A stretch of DNA of 49,012 bases from an uncultured bacterium (GTDB lineage Bacteria > Verrucomicrobiota > Kiritimatiellia > RFP12 > UBA1067). A program made the position numbers and the translations under genes. The stretch spans positions 1 through 49,012 of the forward strand of contig CACWSW010000005.1 of assembly GCA_902763655.1 (NCBI GenBank), given 5' to 3'. Every line of letters starts with the position of its first letter. Position 1 is the first letter of the stretch. Of this stretch, positions 7,601 to 15,113 are shown piece after piece. The notes under the pieces were generated by a model, which saw nothing but the letters and a program-made list of their open reading frames with translations, did no database searches and was not told where the DNA came from.

Positions 7601-9772
7601 ACAGTAGATGTAGCCACCAGTTCAAGTGGTATATGTCATGACGGAAGTAATATTCAAGGTAGAGAACAGGGCCGGCCTGATGAAAGTAGCGTTGTCGGGC
7701 GGATTGAGGGCAGGGTGCGTAACTACAAGGAGTCTTTTAAAAGGAGTAGTGTTCCGCCTCCGTTGCCGAGTCTTGATGATGACGAAGGTGAGGATGATGA
7801 CGAACTAACGCCGAAAGCCATTGACTTCGCAAAGCGCATCAAGAACCGCGAGGATCAACAAGCGAGAGAAATAGCGACTTTGGAAAAGGGGGAGGAGCTA
7901 CAGCGGGAGGCCTGCGAGGCTGAAAGATATAGCCTTGGATGGTTCAAGGTCATGCTCGAACTCGAGATGCTGGGTAAGGAGAAGGAGGCTTCTTCGCAAA
8001 GAGAGGTGTCGATCTGCTTCACAAAAATTGAACGCGAGCCGAATACGGAACGTACGTTTATCTTAAAACGGCCATCACGGAATATTCCTCAATGGCTTGA
8101 GGATGTTTCGGACATCCCGCTTGATATGGTTGTCGCGGGGAAGTCGATCCGCCCGATGATTGAGGTCATGAATGTGCAGTCCTTCAATCTGCGAGTAAAA
8201 CTTAAGGCCGATTCTAAGCTTGAGGGTGTTGATCTGCAAAAGCTCGACGAAGCGCGGGTGGTGACACAGCGCCCATTATTCTTGATGGAGGAACTGAAGA
8301 GGGGGCTGGCGTATCTTCCGCTGCCCGATGAGATGAATCTTCGTACGGCTCTGACGAACAATATCGAGTTCGTGTTCGGGCCGCCTGGAACGGGGAAAAC
8401 GACGTTCCTCGCCGAGAAGCGAATCATGCCGATGATGCGCGAAGCACGAGACTGGCGGGTTCTTGTTCTCGCGCCGACTAACAAGGCGGCGGATGTGCTG
8501 ACTAGTCGAATCATATCCAAAATGGAGGGGGACATTTCTTATCGCAAATGGCTGATACGATTTGGATCAACGCTTGACGAGCATTTGGACGCAACGGGTG
8601 TGTGTGTCGGGAAAGAGGTTGATCTAAGAAAGTATCCAAGGCATGTGGTGATTACAACGATAGCGCGATTCCCATACGACAGCTGTATCACCGGCAATTC
8701 TGCACCACAGAGACTTGTTGACTATGAGTGGGATTGTATCGTTGTCGACGAGGCCTCGATGATTCCTCTTGCAAATATCATCTATCCCCTTTATGCGAAG
8801 AAGAACGCGCGGTTTATTATTGCAGGAGACCCCTTTCAGATAGAACCGATTATCTCTTGCGAAGATTGGAAGGATGAGAATATCTACAAGATGGTAGGAC
8901 TGAAGAATTTTGCCGCCCCAAAGACGGAACCGCACGACTACCATGTTGAGAGGCTGACTACACAATACCGAAGCATCCCGTCCATCGGAACGATCTTTAG
9001 CCGATATCGTTATGGTGGAATACTTGCTCATGCCCGTTCGGAAAGCTCGCGTCGCCCGCTTGAGATTGAGGGGTTTCCTGAAATTAGGTCGCTTACGGTA
9101 CTGAAGTTCCCAGTCCGTTCATACGAAAGCTTTTATCGCCCGAAGCGTTTGGGGATAAACGGCGGTTCTTCCTATCAGATTTACTCGGCACTTTTTGCGT
9201 ATGAGTTTGTGATAGCTCTCGCACGAAAGATGAAACCTCAGACTGACAAGTTTCGGATTGGTGTGATTTCTCCTTACAGGGCTCAGGCAGACCTTGTACA
9301 ACGGCTTGTAGAGCGAGCCAAATTCCCTGGTTATGTTGAAATCTTGGCTGGAACGGTCCATGGGTTTCAGGGCGATGAATGTGAGATGATAGTAACACTC
9401 TTCAATCCGCCCCCTGGGATTTCCGCCAACAAGGGATCGTTCATCAACAAGAAGAACATTATCAATGTGGCTGTGAGCCGTGCGCGTGATTATCTTGTCA
9501 TTTTGATGCCTGATGATGATACCTATAATCTTGAGAATATGGTTGAAGTGCGTAAGGTCGAGGCGCTAATGAATCAAGACGCGGGACATTGTATCGTCCA
9601 TAGGACGAATGAGCTAGAAGAATGCATGTTTGGGAATCCCAATTTCATTGATGAGAATTCGTTTTCAACCGGACATCAGTCTGTGAACGTGTACGGTGCA
9701 CCCGAAAAGCGATATGAAGTGCGCGCAGATGAGACGGCTGTCGATATCCAGATTCACGAGGATACGCATTAA
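4682..9772 (+). CDS. sacsin/NO VEIN-type GHKL ATPase fused to an Upf1/DNA2-like SF1 helicase
   Basis: N-terminal ELIQNADDAGA, HNG, IGKYGMGFLSVF, FCFFPT and FLIHAPFLLNPNRE are sacsin-type HATPase/S5 motifs. C-terminal FGPPGTGKTT, LAPTNKAAD, VDEAS, AGDPFQ, QYRS, ISPYRAQ, GTVHGFQGDE and NVAVSRAR are SF1 helicase motifs. Confidence 0.85.
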   Translation: MANQLTEKELAYFKALTEKRTRKADLIDEDPGLRNIIAQTIDMYSDQAHFVYELIQNADDAGATEAEFAVREDRLVFSHNGARRFSISNPDTETDDLRIARFGDINAITGSVTTKSTDNKEGNAIGKYGMGFLSVFNYTATPEIYDPHVAFKIERKMIPTLLDDDYPGRKPEETVFVFPFASKGDVRPAFESLARLTSLIFPTLFLNNLQTIIFNGGSEVGEYRKRILEAREFGDSVNITSCKRIEYMQANRSETTTTQIFLFSRKDKANHRYAIGFMLDENGHLIPANHKAFCFFPTKYETKLKFLIHAPFLLNPNREGIKDEDPHNIDMFDKLADLMYDSLLYMRDMRTSAGERLIDDSILNIIPIGGDQDDPYVFRVCCDRALKCFQTERILPTIDGYAVKENAYWPKTQEITSVFPDVTFQELYNAPDRHWVFCGKWNAPGLDFALRDFVSACTVECPSDVSILDRISSSFIKKQKLPWLSAFYKWIDGSDDRRKRAMELPIFLDHKGEAVAAFNSNGEHILFLPAVGSDAFTTIHEDICQDEYAMGLIARWKVETPSEDDRIGVIIDKISSCEREASDALFKEIVEYYARCPQEKKENLTKKLQGKVKLRGKGLRNNEIVYLSSSELYWPSDSTKEYFRAIMEFNGAFENVFVVDLAHYHELIEQALRRDFDRLLSKIGVMPEPSIRSGERTGRWEELENLLALDKVKLAEPSKSNREKQIFRYQYIHGASEFLERLLAEKNMEDKRVFSRILWSILKSHADKYFRELIKNKTISLESFLKVHSCFWKGGYGPNFLGGVHEYFNREIQREEFDSPQLFEFRGAKWIVLNDSTCVSPDSISVDRLPEEYVRRDDSDPLLKMLGIKPAEAPTPIRASENAVAIAMVEAEAREGLSENQKHTMKLGEEAERRGLTIEDLDECVRIMAQLKQQRREKVEQSLGRIHYVGKVEDGLKEVSVSPNELSSIEHPHTVDVATSSSGICHDGSNIQGREQGRPDESSVVGRIEGRVRNYKESFKRSSVPPPLPSLDDDEGEDDDELTPKAIDFAKRIKNREDQQAREIATLEKGEELQREACEAERYSLGWFKVMLELEMLGKEKEASSQREVSICFTKIEREPNTERTFILKRPSRNIPQWLEDVSDIPLDMVVAGKSIRPMIEVMNVQSFNLRVKLKADSKLEGVDLQKLDEARVVTQRPLFLMEELKRGLAYLPLPDEMNLRTALTNNIEFVFGPPGTGKTTFLAEKRIMPMMREARDWRVLVLAPTNKAADVLTSRIISKMEGDISYRKWLIRFGSTLDEHLDATGVCVGKEVDLRKYPRHVVITTIARFPYDSCITGNSAPQRLVDYEWDCIVVDEASMIPLANIIYPLYAKKNARFIIAGDPFQIEPIISCEDWKDENIYKMVGLKNFAAPKTEPHDYHVERLTTQYRSIPSIGTIFSRYRYGGILAHARSESSRRPLEIEGFPEIRSLTVLKFPVRSYESFYRPKRLGINGGSSYQIYSALFAYEFVIALARKMKPQTDKFRIGVISPYRAQADLVQRLVERAKFPGYVEILAGTVHGFQGDECEMIVTLFNPPPGISANKGSFINKKNIINVAVSRARDYLVILMPDDDTYNLENMVEVRKVEALMNQDAGHCIVHRTNELEECMFGNPNFIDENSFSTGHQSVNVYGAPEKRYEVRADETAVDIQIHEDTH

Positions 9773-9795
9773 CGAACAATAAAAGTACGCGTACG

Positions 9796-10032
9796 CGGGC
9801 GACGGAGGCGACGAACGACTTCCGTATCGTGTCCATCGAGATGGTGGATGGCAAGCCGAAGGTGGAGTGGGAGCCGAAGACGAACCGCTGGACGGGGGCG
9901 GAGATACGTGCCGTGCTGAAGGGGGCGGAGAGGCTGGAGGGGCCGTGGGCGGATGTGCCGGAAGATGGCGGCTCGCCGGGGACGGCTCGCCCCACCATGC
10001 GGTTCTTCAAGGTGGTTGTAGAGTTGCCGTAG
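9796..10032 (+). pseudogene. orphan 3' fragment of a surface-protein gene (...NDFRIVSIEMVDGKPKVEWEP...RFFKVVVELP*)
   Basis: Abrupt return to high GC after the helicase stop; no proper start or SD. Resembles C-terminal tails I recall from Kiritimatiellae surface proteins (not verified). Confidence 0.5.
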
Positions 10033-10255
10033 CGGCGCGCGCGGGGCGCGCGCCCTACCAGAGCCGCCAAGATGACGGCTGTCGCAGTCAATTGCGGACG
10101 CGCGGGAGCGCGTCCCTCCCGTTGCTGTTTTGGACGCAATAAATTGCGGCCTTCCCAATGCGGTTACGCGGGGATGTTCCGCATTTCGGGGCATTCCCCG
10201 TTGCAGGGCGAATCGGATTGTGGTGTTATACCAACCGTCGGCAAAAACAGGAGAA

Positions 10256-10765
10256 ATGCCGACGAATGGTAAAATGCTCTATTCATTCGCAGAGTGCAGG
10301 AAACGATTCGGGTCGCCTTATCAGATAGACAAGGCGGTCGCGGCTGGTAGTCTCTGGAAACTCGAGTGGCGGCATCCGAACGCCGTCATGACGTTCGACA
10401 GCGCGTACTTCTACCATGACCTCACGGACATGGTGCCGGAGTTCTACTACATGGCGACAGCCCACGGAGCAAGACCGATTCGTGATCCGCTGGTGAAGCA
10501 GTTCTATATGCCAAGCGGGACTGAAGGGGTCGGCGTGACGACGATTGACTACTGCGGCGACAGGGTGAGGACTTTCGACCTCGAACGGCTTCTGATCGAG
10601 ACCGCGAGAATGAAGGGAAAGCTTGCACCAGACCTGTACAAGGAGGTTGTGCTTTCCTTTCGGCGGAAGTCGTCCAAGCTGGAGGCGTACAAGATAACCG
10701 ATTATCTCGCCCACTTCGCACGGCGCGACGCAATTGAGTCGATAATCTACGAGGAGGTGTTCTGA
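10256..10765 (+). CDS. AbiEi-like type IV toxin-antitoxin antitoxin/transcriptional regulator
   Basis: SAYFYHDLTDMVP and RTFDLERLLIE resemble the AbiEi SAL..HGLTD..P and TD.ERT..D motifs. SD CAGGAG. TGATG overlap with the next ORF. Confidence 0.65.
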   Translation: MPTNGKMLYSFAECRKRFGSPYQIDKAVAAGSLWKLEWRHPNAVMTFDSAYFYHDLTDMVPEFYYMATAHGARPIRDPLVKQFYMPSGTEGVGVTTIDYCGDRVRTFDLERLLIETARMKGKLAPDLYKEVVLSFRRKSSKLEAYKITDYLAHFARRDAIESIIYEEVF

Positions 10766-10944
10766 TGAAGTCGTTCGCCGAGCAGCTGGCCGACCTGGCC
10801 AAGGCCGGGTATCGCGTGGCCGAAGCACAGGCAAAGGTTGCGCACGACGCGATTTTGCTTGCCATGTACGTTGAGTCTTGTGGCGGCTCGCCCCACCATG
10901 CGGTTCTTCAAGGTGGTGGTGGAGTTGCCGTAGCGGCGCGTTGA
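10765..10944 (+). pseudogene. truncated AbiEii-like nucleotidyltransferase toxin (N-terminal ~35 codons, then reads into the repeat)
   Basis: Translationally coupled ATG at 10765 with GAGGAGG SD. MKSFAEQLADLAKAGYRVAEAQAKVAHDAILLAMY runs into the direct repeat and stops at 10944 (59 aa). Confidence 0.5.
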
Positions 10945-10989
10945 GGACAACGCGCCCTACCAGAGCCGCCAAGATGGCGGCTGTCCCAG

Positions 10990-12850
10990 TCAATTGCGGA
11001 CGTCCTTCCGGACGAGTTCGTGCGGGGCGAGGACGAGGACGGCCGTCTTGTCCGTGCCGTAGACGCGGTAGACGACGCGCTGTTCGCGGTCCGTCAGGTT
11101 CGCGGCCAGCAAGACGACCTTGCCGTCCGCCGTGCGCCACCAGTTGCCGCGCACGTCTGCCATCGTGGCGAACTTGCTCGGCGGCAGCTTGTAGGCGGGA
11201 TCGTAGAGGCTGTGGTGGGGGCGGCGGCCGAGCCATTCGTACGTCGTCTTGCCGACGGGTTCCGCGAAGCGCAGCTCGTCGAGCAGGTTGCCGTAGGCGA
11301 GCGCGTCGAGGTTCTTCTGGCGGAAGGCGCAGAGCTGGTTGAGGATCGCGCACTTGTCGGGCTTGTCGAGGAGGGTCGTTGTTCTCCGGGCTGCAGAAGT
11401 AGGTGGTGTAGCCGGAGTAGACGGCGTTGTGGAAGGGGATGTCCTTCGGGTCGCGCACGACCACCTGCAGGTAGCCGTCCACCATGTTGAGGCACATCTC
11501 GCCCGAACCTTCGGTGGTGATGAACGCGCCCTTGGCGTTCCACGCGCGGTGGATGGGCTCCATCATCTTCTCGTAGCCCTCGCGCCACCACTTGCCGCCG
11601 CCGAGCGGATGGCCGTGTGCGGGATCGTAGCAGGGGATGCCGGGCGCCGCGCCGATCTGGTCGATGAAGATCGACTTCGCCCCCAGTTCGTCGAGGATGC
11701 GTCCGGTGAAGGTCCGCACCACCTTCTGCCACGGCGCGCACGTGGGGCACATCACGGCGAGCGGCGCGGTGAGGCGTCCGTACTTCTCCACGTAGCGCGT
11801 GTCGTTCTGTCGTAGGACGGCGTAGGGTTCGGCGAGGATGAAGCCGCTCGTGGGGGCCGACCAGAGGCGTCCGTTCACGTAGGGCATCGGTTCCTGTCCC
11901 ATCGACTCGCAGTACGCGATGCATTCCTTCGTGCCGGGCTGTGCGGGGAAGTACTCGGGGTAGTTCACGTCGTGGCCCGAATGCTGCCAGAGATGCCAGT
12001 GGAGGCCGGTGGTGAAATTCGGGAAGATCGCCTTGGCGCGCGTGAGGACGTTGGACGCCACGTCGGGGTAGCCGTGGATGTTGATCCAGAGCGGGATCTC
12101 GCAGAGGCGGCGGGGATAGTCGGGGATGTCCTTGATGGGACCGCGCGCGGCCCATTTCTGCTGGAGCGCGTAGGCGCGGTAGCGCCGTGCGAAACTCCAC
12201 CAGTCGCCCTTGAGCGGCGCGAGCACCACGGGGTAGCGCGGGCCCTCGGCGGCCTTTCCGGGCACGCCGGCGTTTTCGACCGTCGTCTCGTAGCAGGCGT
12301 TCTGCTCGCCTTCAACGAGGAGGTTCTTGATGCGGGCCTCGGGGTCTTCGGGGACGAAGTAGAGTCCGTCCGTGCCGAGGAAGAACCCGGCAATCATCGG
12401 GCAGTAGCCGAGGTAGGCACGGCGGAAGGGCTTCGGCTGGGCCACGCGTTTCCTGAAGAGCTGCGCGCCATGGTCGTTCGATGGCAGCAGCACGTCGCCC
12501 GCGCCGTCGGGCGTCACGCGGTTGAGGCGCGGGAAAGCCGTCGTCATGAGCGTCCAGCGCGGCGAGCGGTTCGCGAACGCGAGTCGCCACGCCTGGGAGG
12601 TTCGCTCGCACGTTGCGGCCTCGTGCGCGCACGCCTTCACGCGCTTCGTGCGGTTCGTGCCGTCGGAGAACTCTGCCGTCCAAAGGTCGCCGCCGCCCGT
12701 CGCGAACGTGGCCGCGCCCACCGTGATCGACTGCAGCACGTTCTTTCCGTCGAACGTGACCGTCATCCGGTTCTGTCCGTCTGCCACGGCTGTCGCGAGC
12801 GCCGTGCAGGCGAGCGTTGTGAGGATTGCTTTCCATGTAGGTCGTTTCAT
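10990..12850 (-). pseudogene. frameshifted DUF6259-like secreted protein
   Basis: Signal peptide MKRPTWKAILTTLACTALATAVA from ATG 12850. Similar to the 19771..22350 paralogue (DYxPxYP and DQIG/DQVVG regions). Sensible reading breaks after YFCSPENND (~11374) and resumes in another frame (LLDKPDKCAILNQLCAFRQKNLDALAYG...LAPHELVRKDVRN*), stop at 10990-10992. Confidence 0.7.
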
Positions 12851-12969
12851 GGCGCATAGTCTAGCAAACGTTTCGGCTGCTTGCGAAACAAAACAAAACG
12901 GAACCAGCTTTGCCGCAGGCGCAGGGAATGTGCTACAATCTCCCCGATTGCGAAACGGAGGCGAATACG

Positions 12970-15111
12970 ATGGCGTTTGGAAGAACAGTTTCTTGCGCCC
13001 TGCTGCTCTTGGCGGCGGGGCAGGCGGCGGTTGGCGCCGCACCGGCGTGGCCCGAGGCGACACGCGAGATGAGACCGTGGGTCTACAACTGGTGGATGGG
13101 ATCGGCCGTCGACGAGAAAGGCCTGGAGTTCCAGAGCCGGGAACTTGTCGAGAAGGGCTTCGGCGGATTCCACGTGATCCCCATCTACGGCGCGAAGGGC
13201 TACGAGGCGAAGTGGAAGGAGTACCTTTCGCCAGAATGGATGGATGCTTTCTCGCTCGCCAAGCGCATCGGCGCGCGGCACGGGCTGGGCGTGGACCTGA
13301 CGATGGGCAGCGGCTGGTGCTTCGGCGGGCCGTGGCTCAAGAAGGAGGAGGGGTGCTGGAAGCTGGTGCCGGACAAGGACGGGCGGCTCGTGCCGCAGCT
13401 GACGGGCCAGCAGGTGAAGCGCGCCGGGCTTGGCGGGCGCGGGCCGATGATGAACCCGTTCTCGCCCGGCGCGATGGATTCGTTCCTCAAGAAGTTCGAG
13501 GTGTTCGACAAGCCGGGCGCCGCGTTGCCGGAACATTTCTACCACGACAGCTACGAGTATTTCGCGGCGTGCTGGAGCCCCGAGCTGCCGGCCGTGTTCA
13601 AGGCGCGGCGCGGCTACGACCTCATGGACAAGTGGGACGTGTTCTGCGGGAAGGGCGATCCGGAAGAGGTGGCGCGCGTGAAGTGCGACTACCGCCAGAC
13701 GCTGGACGACTTGATGGTGGAGGAGGTGTTTCCGAAGTGGGTCAAATGGTGCCACGCGCGCGGCGTGAAGACGCGCAACGAGGCGCACGGCTCGCCCGTG
13801 AACTGGCTGGATTTCTACGCCTTGGCGGACGTCCCGGAGACGGAGATGTTCGGTAAGGGAGACAGGGACATACTCGTCTCCAAGTTCGCCTCGTCGTCGG
13901 CGCACGTCACGGGCAAGCCGCATGTGACCGCCGAGTCCTGCACCTGGATCGCCGAGCATTTCACCGAGACGCTGGCCGAAGTAAAGACGTTCGTCGACCG
14001 GCTCTTCCTCTCCGGCGTGAACCGCATCTTCTACCATGGGTGCTGCTACTCGCCCGTGGAGGCGCCGTGGCCGGGCTGGTGCTTCTACGCGTCGCTGGAG
14101 ATGAACCCGCGCAATCCGATCTGGCGCGACGTGGGGACGCTGAACGCGTACGTTACGCGGTGCCAGTCCATCTTTCAGGCCTGCGAGCCGGACAACGACC
14201 TGCTCGTCTACTGGCCGTTGCGCGACTACTGGTGGAATCCTGACGGGCTCGAAAAGCGGATGAGCGTACATAATCGCGAGTGGTTCTACGGGCAGCCGAT
14301 CGGTCCGCTTGCGAAAAAGCTGTACGACGGGGGCTATGCGTTCGACTACGTGTCGGACCGGATGCTGCAGAACGCCGCCGCGCTCGGCCTCAAGGACCGC
14401 TACGCCGCGCTCGCCGTGCCGCCGTGCAGGCACATGCCGGAGAAGACGAAGGCGGCGGTGGCCGCGCTGGGACTGCCTGGCACGTCGAAGGCGCGCCGCG
14501 AGCCATTCGCCGCCGCGGGACTGATGTTCACGCGCTACCGCAAGGGGGCGGACACGGTGTATTTCCTCGCAAACCAGACCGACAGGACCGTTTCGGGGAC
14601 GTTCGCGCCGTCGTGCGCGCCTCGCGCCGCATGGCGCATGGACCCGCTTTCGGGCGCGATCGCGTCCGTGGCGGTGACGGACGGGAAGGTGGCGCTTGCG
14701 CTGGACGTGGGCCATTCGTGCTTCCTGTGGTGCTCGCCAGATGTGCCGCAAGGCTCTCCTAGCGCGCCGCAGGGGAAGGTCTGGCTCGACCTGGGCGAGG
14801 TGATCGGCAACGAGTCGGTGCGCGTGACTGTAAACGGGAAATATCTGGGGACACTCATCATGCCGCCGTATCGGATCGAGGTGCCTGCAGACATGTTGAA
14901 GGGACCGAAAGCGGAGGACAACGACATCAAGCTTGACGTGTGCGAGCGAGGGGCGAACCGCATCCGCGAGCTGGATCAGAAGGGAGTGAAGTGGAAGTAC
15001 TTCACTGACATCAACATGGTGGACATCAACTACAAGAAGTTCGATGCCTCGTCATGGCCCGTCCAGGAGCATGGCGTAAAGGGACCAGTGCGCCTCCAGC
15101 GCGAAAAGTGA
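12970..15111 (+). CDS. glycoside hydrolase family 106 (alpha-L-rhamnosidase-like)
   Basis: Signal peptide; RPWVYNWWMGSAVD, PIYG, GSGWCFGGP, YHDSYE, DVPETE, KFASSSAH, AESCTW, GVNRIFYHG; C-terminal WLDLGEV..SVRVTVNG jelly-roll domain. Confidence 0.85.
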   Translation: MAFGRTVSCALLLLAAGQAAVGAAPAWPEATREMRPWVYNWWMGSAVDEKGLEFQSRELVEKGFGGFHVIPIYGAKGYEAKWKEYLSPEWMDAFSLAKRIGARHGLGVDLTMGSGWCFGGPWLKKEEGCWKLVPDKDGRLVPQLTGQQVKRAGLGGRGPMMNPFSPGAMDSFLKKFEVFDKPGAALPEHFYHDSYEYFAACWSPELPAVFKARRGYDLMDKWDVFCGKGDPEEVARVKCDYRQTLDDLMVEEVFPKWVKWCHARGVKTRNEAHGSPVNWLDFYALADVPETEMFGKGDRDILVSKFASSSAHVTGKPHVTAESCTWIAEHFTETLAEVKTFVDRLFLSGVNRIFYHGCCYSPVEAPWPGWCFYASLEMNPRNPIWRDVGTLNAYVTRCQSIFQACEPDNDLLVYWPLRDYWWNPDGLEKRMSVHNREWFYGQPIGPLAKKLYDGGYAFDYVSDRMLQNAAALGLKDRYAALAVPPCRHMPEKTKAAVAALGLPGTSKARREPFAAAGLMFTRYRKGADTVYFLANQTDRTVSGTFAPSCAPRAAWRMDPLSGAIASVAVTDGKVALALDVGHSCFLWCSPDVPQGSPSAPQGKVWLDLGEVIGNESVRVTVNGKYLGTLIMPPYRIEVPADMLKGPKAEDNDIKLDVCERGANRIRELDQKGVKWKYFTDINMVDINYKKFDASSWPVQEHGVKGPVRLQREK

Positions 15112-15113
15112 CC

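Larger units (their letters stand above)
9983..11002. repeat. ~118-bp imperfect direct repeat pair (9983-10100 and 10884-11002) containing REP units
   Basis: Shared CGGCTCGCCCCACCATGCGGTTCTTCAAGGTGGT.GT.GAGTTGCCGTAGCGGCGCG...CGCCCTACCAGAGCCGCCAAGATG.CGGCTGTC.CAGTCAATTGCGGACG. On the minus strand the central REPs read GTAG+GGCGCGCGC-CCC-GCGCGCGCC and GTAG+GGCGCGTTG-TCCT-CAACGCGCC. Confidence 0.85.

Noticed and set aside
10894-10925. HAVLQGG as the AbiEii 'LKGG' motif
   Set aside because: It is an alternative-frame reading of the direct repeat, which gives the same peptide at ~9996, so it is coincidental.
10283-13063. 926-aa minus-strand ORF as a single gene
   Set aside because: Only 12850 to ~11374 is the real frame. 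The rest is frameshift read-through across REPs and antisense to the AbiEi gene.
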